The position numbers and the translations under genes were made by a program. A DNA stretch of 64,000 bases from Lama guanicoe (lineage: Eukaryota). Positions 1-11,680 of this stretch are shown in pieces. Every line of letters starts with the position of its first letter. The first letter of the stretch is position 1. The stretch is taken from positions 620,001 to 684,000 of the forward strand of contig MU054323.1 in NCBI GenBank assembly GCA_013239625.1. The letters are read 5' to 3'. The notes under the pieces were generated by a model. That model saw nothing but the letters and a program-made list of their open reading frames with translations. It was not told where the DNA came from and ran no database searches.

Positions 1-419
1 AGCAACTCTAAGGAGGCCACTTGAAAGTCATTTGAAGAATTCCCACACCCAAGAGCATCTCAGGGCAGCTGGGAAGATCCAGGCAGCCTTGAAACTCATT
101 GTCATGTCTTGTCCCAGACGGCTGCCTTTTTAATGAAAAAGGCCTGGTTTGTGTGGGCTTGTGAAAGAGTTTTCTATGTGTGAATTAGTGGTTTTGCAAC
201 TCCTCGTGGTAGAGGAAATTCCACATGGACTAATCAGAGCAGGAGGTTCTTTCTCTGCGGTAAAACATTCCCGCCATTAGTTATGATATTGATAAATATA
301 TAATACGTAGGAAATAATATCAAGTATCAAACTTCTATGATGTTCCAGGAACTCTGAGAGATGCATTGCCTACCTTCTGTGAAACCTTCTACAAGATACA
401 CATCACTACTCTGCAAGAT

Positions 420-545
420 AAGAATTGTAGTTTCCACTTATAGGTGAAGAAACTAAGGTTCACAGGGTTTAAATGACTTTCCAAAGGTCACTGGACAGAG
501 GAGCCTGGGTTAAAATATAGGCCTATTTTATTTCAAATTGCACGC
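420..545 (-). mobile_element. MIR SINE fragment
   Basis: ccacttataggtgaagaaactaaggttcacagggtttaaatgactttccaaaggtcac resembles the reverse complement of the MIR core. Confidence 0.7.
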
Positions 546-1399
546 TCTTGAAAAATGAATCTAACCGCCCCTCAATAAACATAGATAGTTTGAAAGAAGA
601 GAAATATGGGCAGTTGCTAATATTAAGAGCCAAGATATGGGAGGAAAATAAGTCAATTTTTCTGGGCTGATGTTTGAGTTAAAAGGTTCTTGCTGGTATG
701 AGCCACAGTTAAATCGGTACCAATTAGAGTCAAGTGTAATGAAAAATAAATACAGCTGAGCTGTTAGACGGGCTGCTGTGGTCCAGGATCTGTCAGCACT
801 TCTATTATACATTGAGTTTTTTCAAGGAATTATAAGGGCTGTAAAAAATGTGTGCTATGGGGGAACTTGGCAGAAAAAAAGTTTCCATTTAAAGAGCTTT
901 TCAAATATATTTTCTAAAGTTCCAAAAAATTAGGTTTGACACTTTAGTCATGAAGTTAGCAACCATTTAAATAGCCCAACACATTTTAATCAACTGCTGC
1001 AGCGAAGAAGTAGTCAGCATGAGGACACATGCTTCCATGGGGGTCCCTCAGCCGCCATCAGGGGCTTCTGCCTCCACGCTTTCTCCCTGACCGTGCTCTT
1101 GTTGGTCTCTACAGCAGACGGATTATCAGCAACAGCCCCCCCTTTCCAAGGGACTAAAGAGGATGCTGTGATGACCCTGGTTGCTAACGCTTGGGGACAT
1201 TATATCCGACATACTGAGATGTTCATCAGAATCCCAGTCTGGACCAGAACTCGGCTTCGTTGGAAGGATCCCAGACTGGAGGCTGACAACCATTTGGTGA
1301 GGGTATGGCTAAGAGGCTGGCATTGAGGAGGTGGCTTAAGAAAATGTTGTCACTATATAGTCTTGCAGAAAAAAAGCAATTCAGAAGGTCTTGTTCTGA

Positions 1400-1760
1400 T
1401 TTCAGTCACTTAGGAGCACTCTAGACTTGAAGATAACTAGACGCCAGATCGAGATGGGTTGAGAAGTGAATAAGAGGTAGGAATGGAGAGAGAACAGAAT
1501 ATCCTTTCGAGAAGTTCGGATGTGAACAGAAGCAAGATGGCACCGTGACCAGGAGGGGACAGTATCAAGAGAGGTTATGTTTTAGTACAGAAGAGGCTTG
1601 AACATGTAATCTAATCTGAGAAGAGAGTGATAGACAGATGATTGAAGGCGCAGGTGGGAGGGGTGGGAAATTAACAGACCACTATGGTCGGAAAACACAA
1701 GCCAAAGGCCTAGAGGGAGAAGATGTCCTTCCACGGTAGAAAAGGGGCTGTTGCCTACAG
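1400..1760 (-). mobile_element. LINE-2 fragment (old, diverged)
   Basis: Purine-rich sequence resembling antisense L2 body. Confidence 0.45.
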
Positions 1761-2396
1761 AGTGGGCAGCTTTGTAGGGAAGGCCAGAATCTCTGCATCT
1801 TAATAAGCTCCACAAGGAGACTCTGTGTTTGGGTCAAATCTGAGGACACGGCTTCCATGTGTCTGCATCTGCTTGGCTTATGTAGAAGCATTATTTGAGT
1901 CATGACTGTGGCACTAGTTGTGAACTTGTGACAGGAAACACCAAGCCCCTGCATGGTCATATTGATGGGAAATAGTTGAATGTGGACAAGTGAGGCTCCC
2001 AGTGGGATTTAATGTTACCTCTTTTCCCAGAATTTCCCTGGTGAAATTTGGGAGCCGGCTGCTTGTTTTCTACCCACTGAGTCCTGGCTTTATCCTCTCT
2101 GCCTTCACTGTGGGCATTTGTCACTATGCCCTCAGGTCCAACTGCTATTTAGGGATTTGTATGCAGACAACCTGTCTTGCCCACTGATATGGGAGGCCTT
2201 GGACCCCATCTGTCAGAAATCATCACAGAGGCCAAATGGAATTTAAAAGCCTGAGAGACTAAGTGAACGTTTGTTTTCAAGTTCAATCCACAATGCAAAT
2301 GTGCTCTATGCTTAGCGTTCAATTTTCTGTAAATGTGGGCAGAATGTTGGCCAAGGAAAAGGCCACATACCCAAATCTGACATAGGACAAACACAA

Positions 2397-2540
2397 AAGA
2401 GCTTGGATTCTGGATTCAGACAGATCTAGGTTCCAATGTTGGCTCCCCTTGCTTACCGTATGAATTTGGTTAAATTGTTTCACTTTTCTGAGCCTCAGTC
2501 ATCTGTGACACGGTGACAACACTTGCCTGGGAGAATTGAC
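2397..2540 (+). mobile_element. MIR SINE
   Basis: aagagcttggattctggattcagacagatctaggttcc...ctgagcctcagtcatctgt follows the MIR 5' end and core. Confidence 0.7.
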
Positions 2541-2589
2541 CACTCATTAAGTCAGCATTTACTGAGAGCCTAGGAAGTGCCCAGAGGAC

Positions 2590-4070
2590 TCAGATATGTC
2601 CTTGCTCTCATGGTTCTCAGAGAACAGAAGAGGACACTGGCATAGCAAGAGAGAGATGCCTGGATGACTCTGATGACCTCGGGAGGCGATGAGGTCAAGG
2701 ATTATGCCCGGGCTGCTGGCTTTGGAAACCAGGAAGGCCATGGCCACTCAGGGAGAGACTCAGGCTTAGGGTGGGGACTATGTCAGCTTAGCTCTGACCA
2801 TACAGATGTGCGGCACCTGAGGGGTATCCATGTAGAGGTGCTGGGGAGGCAATCAGGGCAAAGCACTCAAACCCCAGGAGGAACTCTGGAGTTGGAAACA
2901 AATACTTGCAGCTTCAGCACAGACATGTTCAGTGACACCCTGGAATGGATGAAAATGCTCAGAAAGAGTGTATTCAAAAAGGTAACACGGATCCTCCCAA
3001 AACACAGCCATCTAAATAAGGGCACGGGTGGAGGAGTCATGAGAAGGGTCATCACACAGGTTGGAGACAGGGAACTGGCCAGTGTGGGAATATAGAATCA
3101 GAAGAGAGAGAGTAAGGACTTTTGAACACAGCAATGGAAGAGAAGATGACGTAGCATAATTCATGGCTCTGCAACAAGGAAGCTCCTAGTGACTCTGGCA
3201 GGAGCCGATTCAAAGAAGTGATAAGACTGAAAGGCCTGGCCTTAGACAGGAGAGCTCTCTGTCTTCTAATAGGACCTGAGGGAGACCAGAAGGACTAGAG
3301 ATGTAGGTAAGCTGGTAGGCAGTTTGGTAAGTCAGTGTAGGATTTTCTTTCCAGTGGTCTCTAATTTGTGTATGACTCTGTGAGTGGCCTTTGCAAATTA
3401 AGACAGGGTAAGCTTATGAGGTGGTGGGTCTCGGGGAGTGAGGGTATTCAATATGGGCTGTGGAAATGGACGTGAACTCAGTGCTGGAAGTGCAGAAGGA
3501 CTTCCGGTAGCATTGCAGACCCGGATGGGGAGAGAGGCTGCAGTTTGCAATGAGGGAAACCTGCATTTTCTGCCCTCAGGCAATGCATTGTGGGTGTGGG
3601 TACAGAGAGCATGGTGGGCAGGCTGGGTCCAGGGTTTTGATGTTTGCAGAGGAGTTTGAAGAAAGAGCAAGTGAATTCAGGACCAGCTGATGGGTAGGGG
3701 GAAGTTAAAGGGGCTAAGGAACAGAGATCCCAATGAAGGCAGATAAGCGGACGGATGACGTAGGGGGAAGAACCGAGAAAAGGCTGAAAGGATTTAGGAG
3801 ATAGGGGTCAGAGGCAGACCATCTACATTTATGGTTTCAGAGCTGGCACAGTTCCAGGTAATGGTGAGCTTCCAGGTGACATCATGAGAATGGATGGCTG
3901 AGCTAGGGTCGAAGGGAAGGTGGTCAGAACTGAGCTGATCAAGGAACCAGAAGATTGCGTGTTGTTGAGGTCATTCAGGTTGAGGGCTGCACTTGAGGTG
4001 GAGAGAAACCCCGAGATCCAAAAGTTAAGATCCATGAGGGGAGGAGATTGCTTGGAAGCTGAATAGCTAG
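2590..4070 (-). mobile_element. LINE-2 fragments
   Basis: Long purine-rich stretch with antisense L2 motifs (gaggtcaaggattatgccc, atccatgtagaggtg, ctggagttggaaacaaatacttg). Confidence 0.5.
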
Positions 4071-5392
4071 TTTAGGAGATTCGATGTTTATCACCCAAGT
4101 ATGGGATGAAGGCGACTGTGAGTCCCGTGTATATTTGAGCGGGCCTCTGCCTCAGCCTTTTGGTAGCTTAACCATATGCCATGCCTCATATTTCTTGCAG
4201 TGCTGTATAAACCAGATTCTTTCCAGAGCCCCTGATGGCACGGGTGCTGGGATGATCACAACCCTCGCTGCTCAGCCACCACCCATGAAGGCTGCAGTCC
4301 AGCCATCAACAGACACCTCCTCAGAGTCCTGGCCGTGTGGTTGGGGAGCACCATCCTCAGGTTGGCCAGGGCAGAAGAGCACCATCCCTTGCTGAAGGCT
4401 ACTTCTTGGCCTTCCTGGGAGGTTTGGTTTAGACAACAGAATGAGCCTGGAATTGAGAAAAGTTTCAAGACTTTTCCTGGAGACACTGGGACAGCAGAAA
4501 ATGCGAAGGAGCATTTTAAGGCCTTCAGAAGGCCTTTCAGTGGCCGGCTCCATCTAAAAGTCCATCCACAGGAATGGCCTTCCCCGGCGCTGGCCCCGTG
4601 TCTGAGCCCGGTCCCGGGTTGGTGAACGCTGACTGTGGCCTCAGTCGCTCACCAATGGCTTGGTTTAAAGTTCAAGTGATAACTGGATGGTGACTGTTTG
4701 TCTCTGACCAACACTCAGCACAAAAAGAAGGTGGCACTTTTTTTTCTACAAGGCAGCAAATGTGGACAAATATTAGCTCTTGGAAATAAAGGGGGAAGTT
4801 ATTCATTCACTCAGCAGCATTTTCCAAGCCATCAATCTTCCGGGGATTTCTATTGCTTTAATCATCAAGGTTGTTTATTTGGAGCCATTTCTGAGAGAAT
4901 AAAAGTACCTTTGGCCTTTATCTGCTGTCATCAAAGCATCCATTAGGGGCGGGAGCCCTGTGGGGAGGCTCAAGGGATCATTCAGAGAGGTTTTCTGAAA
5001 CGCACAGGAATTCTGCTTTTTCTCCTTCCCGGTGGGGCAGTCAAGTTTAAACTGTAATCTGAAAGGTTGGGTTTATCGTCAGGTTTTAGACCATTTGAAC
5101 AGGATTTTGTTCAAGGCAAACCTACAGATAAAAGCGTTTCAAGTGGCCTGGAACAAAGGCCCGTCTGCCTGGAGAAGCCGCGTGGTTTCTGACAGTCGCC
5201 GGGCCTCGGCGTTCTCACCCACGTGGTGCAGCGGCGGCCAGGGCAGCCTGGGAAGTCACAGGGTGTCACCTGCTGGGCGGAGGGACCCTGGGGAGGAGCA
5301 GGGAAGGGGCTGAAGATTCCCCACCTGCCGGAAGGTGAAGGTTTGCACTGCTGAGGAAGCTGGAAGTGGGTGAGAAAGAGCTGAAAGTGCGT

Positions 5393-5821
5393 GGACCTGT
5401 GAGTGTGTGTGTGTGTGTGCACACCCCCCCACCATGCACACACCACATGTATGTACATAGGGTTGTGCTCTAACCCTGGAGGCCTTGGGGGCCTCTACCT
5501 CCAGCTCTGCCTGGAGCACCCTCTCCCGCTGCTCTCCCTTCCCGCTTTGCCCTCCTCCATCCTTCAGAGCAAACCTCGCTTTTTCAGACTCTTAGACCAG
5601 CCCACAGGACCTGTGAGTGTGTGTGTGTGTGTGTGCACACCCCCCCACCATGCACACACCACATGTATGTACATAGGGTTGTGCTCTAACCCTGGAGGCC
5701 TTGGGGGCCTCTACCTCCAGCTCTGCCTGGAGCACCCTCTCCCGCTGCTCTCCCTTCCCGCTTTGCCCTCCTCCATCCTTCAGAGCAAACCTCGCTTTTT
5801 CAGACTCTTAGACCAGCCCAC
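5393..5821 (+). repeat. Tandem duplication, 213 bp + 215 bp copies
   Basis: 5393-5605 and 5607-5821 read identically except (GT)8 vs (GT)9; one A at 5606 separates them. Confidence 0.95.
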
Positions 5822-6094
5822 CTGTCAGATCTGGACCCCTCAGAAGGGCATCAGGACCCCTTTACTGTGAACATCTTTGTCTACCCCTGGCCCTGCTCTC
5901 CCCGACAGCTCTCTCTGGGGCCGGGGGGTTGCCGGGGCTGGGGAACCTCTGCTGCCGGGAAACACACAGCGGCCGCTCTGCTTCTCCTCCTGGCGGGGTG
6001 AGGTGGGTGCCCTGTTCCTCTCCTGAGCTGCGCTCGGCATTGTGCTGTGTCAGCTCGGCTCATGGAAAAGCCAGGTCAGTAGTAATCAGCACAA

Positions 6095-6605
6095 GAACAC
6101 ACACACGTGCACACACACACACGCCCACACGCCCACATGACACGTAGCTACACACAAATAACACGTGTACCACAGAAACATCTCCATGCACATGTATCTT
6201 GGAGACATCTATCCACCCATCCATCTAGGTGCACACATGTCACAGGACATTTACACACACACACACACACACATGCCACAGGGACATCTACACACTCACA
6301 TATCACAGAGAATAACACACACTCACACTATAGGGATAAATACACATATACGCACCACCAGAGCACAACAAAGATATCGGCACACATTTCTCAGAGACAT
6401 CTACACACACAACACAGGGATGTATACACTCGCTCGCCTGTGAGCATGGGCAGACACACACGCATCCCTGCACTATTTGTTACAAAGAAAGGAAACACCC
6501 CAGCACTGGACTGTGCACATAAACAGACACACACACAGCCATTTGCACACTCCCTCGGGGCCCCCATGAATAGACACATCACGTGCACTCACTTGCACAC
6601 ACCCA
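6095..6605. repeat. Degenerate (CA)n-rich low-complexity tract
   Basis: Many interrupted acacac runs over about 500 bp. Confidence 0.85.
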
Positions 6606-8639
6606 GGTACGGAAACGCCCGTGGAGCCCCCAAGCCAGCCTGTGGCAGAAGCATCTCTGGAATGGCCCAGGCCTGGAAGAGAGAAGGGGCAGGTCTGTAC
6701 CCGCCAGGCTCGGCGGGAGAGGCAGACAATATTAGAGTAGGACCTCTCCACACCCTGGAGGTCACAGGACAGCAGAGCAGCAGCGCACATGGGAAGGCGA
6801 ACTCCCCTCCTATGAAGGGCGAGGACGCTGAGGCCTGAGAAGGAGGAGGAACACGCTCAGGCCCGTGGCTGACATTCTCTGTGGCCTTGAGCAAGAATCT
6901 CCCATCTGTAAAAAGGAGCTAATGTGAAAGGCAGATAGAGGGCAGAGAGGGAGAGATGCTGGAGAACATCAAAGCTGTGAGGTTACTGTTATCTTTGTTA
7001 TTTTCGTGTCTATTTCTGAGCTGAGCTGGAATGAGCAGGGTCCAGCACCAGAGGTCTGGCCTCCTCTTTTTTTCCTGCCGGGACATGAATTTTTCCAGCA
7101 GTCTTTTCAGGATCATCTGTTTTCATTTTCCAGATTCTTTGGGGTCCCTGAGGAAGGAGGTGAGATGAAGGGAGGAGGAAATGGGGCAAGGTGGCAGGAT
7201 GAGAGATTTAGGGGGAGAGGCTCTGAGTGCACAGGGCAGGCTGGTGGCTGCTGGCAGCTGGAAAGGTGCCCGCCCCGTCATGGAACCAACTCTTCCCAAG
7301 GCATCTTGCTCAGTGCGTGTGTGCAGTGAAGGTTTGCTGGATCGATGAACTGAATTACATTTCCCACTTCAGTCCCTGGCTGGAAATTCTGTGGGCAAAG
7401 GAAGTGCCACAAGAAGGCTGGAGTTAATGATGTATGTCACAGGAGAGGCATGCAAGGAGAAGGACTATGGAGTTCCAAGGAAGGGAAGTTACATCTATGA
7501 AAACAAAGAATTTGCACTTGGGATGGGTGGTGCAGGATGAATGGGACCCCTTGCTTTCTGTCTTCCACCCCATGAAGTTGTGGCTACTTGGTTTGGGGGC
7601 CTTCAGAACTAGTCACTGCAGTGTATGGAGTCCCGGAGAGCAGCCCATGGGTTGGCATGGACTCCTGTCACTTGCCCTCTACAAGCAGACCGGCTCACAG
7701 TGGGCTGGAGGCTTCTTCTTAGGGCCATTTTATCCCTAAGGTGGCCCTCACCGTGCTGTGGCAGTGACCACACATCTACTTCTGTGTCTGCTTTTCCCAC
7801 AAGACTGTGAGCTCTCGGGGCCGGCTTTCGGGCACCTCCATTTCCTGTCATGCCTGGTCTCCAGGAGACAGCAGGTCTCCGAGAGGTCTTGCTAAGGATG
7901 GAAGGAGGGAGCAAGACGAGCCGGAGGCTGGGGGCTCAGACCCCCCTGGATGGACGGCGCCTGCTTTCAGATCCCCTATTCCTGCCCTCCTCTGTTTCTG
8001 TGGTGGGGGCTGAGGCCTTGGAGCAGAAGTTGGTTGAGGAAGTAGGGTTTTGGAAAGCAGCCTCTCATAGCCAGATGTGCACACGGTTAGCAACAAAGAA
8101 GGCTTGCTTTTCTGATTTTGGTGAGAGTTGAAAGCAGAGAGATAAAAATAGAGCTTGGGCTCACAACACAATCTGACCACTCGGAAAATGTGTTCAGCTG
8201 GGCGTTTTTGGTTACTTAAAGAACCACTTCCTAAACAAAGGGTGTTATGACCATCAGGAGATTCAATTACTACTTTCTACTTTTTCCCCATCTCATTCTC
8301 ATGCTTTCCTGGATATTCGGAGGTTATTCCTGAAATGACCGAAGTCGGCAGTTTCTCCAGGTCAGTGTGTGAGTTTGCTTCGTGTTCCTAACACCTCAAG
8401 TCTGGGGCAGCCACAGAAATTACCAGGGCCTCTGTCCCCATCATCGCTGTCTTCCTGTGGACAACCCTGGGGACACAGACCAGGCAGGGACGGGCCACAG
8501 GGGAGCAGTGGCCAGTCTTCTGCCTTCAGTTCATGACAGAGAGGTGGTGGGTGGTGTGGTGGAAGCACAAAGCTCTGGTATTCGGTAGATCTCAGAGCCA
8601 ATCTAGCCAGATTGTCAGACAGCTATGTTCTTCCTGGGA

Positions 8640-8780
8640 CCTATTTCATAATCTGTAAAATGGGACGGTAGCTAAACGGGCATGATTGTGGTGAGGTTTA
8701 AAGACATAATGTCTTTATATTCTATAAATGACATGCAACATTGTACTTGGCATATAGTAGATGTTGAATCGTAGCTTTAA
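8640..8780 (+). mobile_element. MIR SINE 3' half
   Basis: atctgtaaaatggga...gattgtggtgaggtttaaaga...ggcatatagtagatgttgaat. Confidence 0.65.
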
Positions 8781-8892
8781 AAATAATAATAATAAGATAA
8801 AATAATTATTATTTTATTGTTATTATTTTACATTATATTTGTATTAAATACAAATTATTATTATTATTATTATTACTATTATTATTTTATTT
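8781..8892. repeat. AT-rich (TAT/AAT)n simple repeat
   Basis: Directly visible aataat/tattat runs. Confidence 0.85.
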
Positions 8893-10384
8893 GGGTGAAC
8901 AGTAAGTCTTGGAAATGCACATGACATTTGTTCCCAGAACTTGTGAAAAATGAACATATTTTAAGAAGGAAATAGCTATTTTATCTCCCTTACAGTCACC
9001 GCAGACTTTGTTTCCTAAAAGGATTAAATTCACATCATAATAGTCTATTATACAAGTTTTTGAAATAAATGCACTGATCAGATCAACTTCAAAATTTAAA
9101 CCAGATGTAACTTTTCAGGTTCTAATTAGATATAAGGTTACTGGTCTGCGTTTATGTTCAGAGGTGTGAGTATTTATATGTAAGAGGATTAATATACATA
9201 TCAATATAAATATGTATAGCAGAGCTATTTATGACCTTATAATCATACTAGCAATTATAGATACTGGACTAGACTTAACGAATGGTTTTAACCATTTGCT
9301 TTGTACACTAACTTACTGTCTGATGCCAATCGGATTTAATATAATATAAAATTTTATATAGAGACATTAATACATATGCACATAACATACAGGGATATGT
9401 GGTTATAAAATATTAATATATGTTTACTTCAGGCATCAAATTATTTTCAGGTGCCCGTGTCTTAGAAGAGCCCACCATGGGGAACATAAACTACTTGCCC
9501 TGATTCCCAGTTCCTGGGGGCCAAGCACACCTGAAACACTCGCAGTGGCAGTGGTGTGGAGCCCCGGAGGGAAACTCAGATGAAGATTCCAGAGGGCCAG
9601 AGGCCCAAATGGTATCTCATGCATTTGATCCAAAGCAGGGCTGTGGTTTGTCAGAGCACGATTAGATCTTGCAACCCTGAGAGTGAAAATCACTTCACCC
9701 CGGAGGACAACGCTGCGCAATCAGCTGGCAAGCCACTCAGTGTGGCTGGGAAGTTGCTTCATCTATCGACTTAAAATCTCTCTTTCTGCAGTTCCTGGCC
9801 GTCTCCTTTTCTTCTCTCCTCCAGGAGACTGGAAGAGCAGATCATGACCTTTCTTACACTTAGGCTCAGTCCAGCAGAAGCCATAAAGATAACCACCAGC
9901 TCTTCAAAGCTGGCCAGATCCCTGATAATTCCACAGAGACTCGTCCCAGCACTTTAGGGAAGAAGAGTGGGGAAGCCGATGTGCTGACCCAGCCGGGGGC
10001 CACTGCAGGGACTGGATGTGGGTCCTGCTTTGGGGGGTGAAAAGGCACTTAAGAGTGACACTTCTGCTGGGGACTCTCCGGGAGCCGCTGGGAGCCACAG
10101 CCTCGGCTGATATGGTTAAGATGTGAGTCAATGGATTTGCTTTCTGGGAAGCAAATTACATTGAAGAATCTGTTTCAGGTGGTTTGAGGAAATCTTCCAA
10201 AGTTCATTTTTGGCTTGGAATGATGATGATGGGATGAGGAGTAGAATCTAATATATACCCAAGAACTCACTTAGAAGAAGTTTCAGTCCGTTGGCGTTTA
10301 AGATAACACACTACGCATTATAAATGCACATATACGTCTGTCTACATCTCTAACATACAAGATATAAATAACAGAGTTTATATC

Positions 10385-10560
10385 TTGGGCACCTATTATG
10401 TGCTAGGCCATGTGTTATCTAATTGAATCCTTGCAAAAATCATGATGTAATTATCAAACCATTTACAGATGTGGAAACTGAGAATTTGAGAGTTTAACCC
10501 CAAGTCTGTGCCATACGCAAAGCTGGGCTTCTGTCCTGGGCTTTCCAACGCCACTGCCCA
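10385..10560 (-). mobile_element. MIR SINE
   Basis: gcacctattatgtgctaggc...ccatttacagatgtggaaactgag. Confidence 0.7.
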
Positions 10561-11269
10561 CTGTTTCTAACATTGCAATCAGTAAGTAGACAACTTTGGT
10601 TGTGGACAGATTGAGTGTAAAATTAGGGACCCCTGCCACATTCCTGTTAATGCTGTTCTGAATTATTTGCTTTTAATTGACACCATGTCAAATTGTGAAA
10701 ATGTATGTGCTTTATGTGGAAACAGAAAGACGCTGAGAAGGATATTGCTGTTCTTTAAAAGCTGCCTAATTCTGCTTGCTCATAAGTAGAGTTTTATATA
10801 TGCCGGTGCTTATTATAATCATAGTAATAGAATGATGTATTAAACTTATGTCTACTGTGTGCCTGTGATGAGCAGTCACAGGGACCACAGCAGTGAAGCA
10901 ATTTACAAATGTCCCTGTCTTCCTGTAGCTTACAAAGAAGGGATAAGTGATAAATTATCAACGAGCCTCTTTCCCTGACGATGTTTTGTTTGTAGGTGGA
11001 GAGGACTCAGTTTAACTTCACTTGGACAAGGACTCCTGTTGCCTCAGTTATTCAGGCAAAGAGGAGCAGAGTGGTCTGTCCTCAGGGATAGCTGGAGCCT
11101 GGGGCTCTGGCACTGCCCAGCCAGACTGCACTTTCTTCCCCTCTCTCCTTGGCCTCTCTTTATAAATGCACTCCATCTGCCTGGGCTGGCCTCCATGTGG
11201 CCAAAATCATGCTGGTCCTCCTAGGCCTCTCAGTGCTCAGTGTCATTGTCAGAGAGGGAATGAGTCTGT

Positions 11270-11480
11270 CTGTCTGTCTTTCATTTCAGTTTGAAAAACC
11301 TGGGGCAAGGCACTGACTGGACCAGTCTGGGTCGCATGTCCACCCCTAATTTGCCGAAGGTGGAAGATGACGCTGAATCTGTAAGGAGATGAAGCTCTCC
11401 TGGACCAGTCAGGGTCAGGGAGCAACATTTCCCAGGAGGGGACCGTGATGGGCGAACAATGCTCGTCCATACAAACGGTC
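11270..11480 (-). mobile_element. MLT1-type (MaLR) LTR fragment
   Basis: gcactgactggaccagtctgggtcgcatgtccacccctaa resembles old MLT1J/K LTR sequence. Confidence 0.45.
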
Positions 11481-11529
11481 ATCCCCTAATACTCTGTCAC
11501 ATACAATGGGCTTTCATCAATGTTACCCG

Positions 11530-11680
11530 ACCCAAACTAACCCCATCAGCTCTGCAGGACAGAAATGATTATCCTCACTTGACAGATGAGGAAACTGATG
11601 TCAAAGAGGTAAAGCTGGGCCAGAGGTCACACAGCTAAGTAGCTGAGTCAGAATTCAAATGCTGATTCTCTGGAATCAAA
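11530..11680 (-). mobile_element. MIR SINE
   Basis: attatcctcacttgacagatgaggaaactga...ggtcacacagctaagtagctgagtcagaattcaaa. Confidence 0.75.

Noticed and set aside
5403..5870. 155-aa ORF with an internal repeat
   Set aside because: Product of the 213-bp tandem duplication; starts at a GTG inside a microsatellite
6107..6838. Longest ORF (243 aa, His/Thr-rich)
   Set aside because: Translation of a degenerate (CA)n tract, which is poor in stop codons; no recognisable domain
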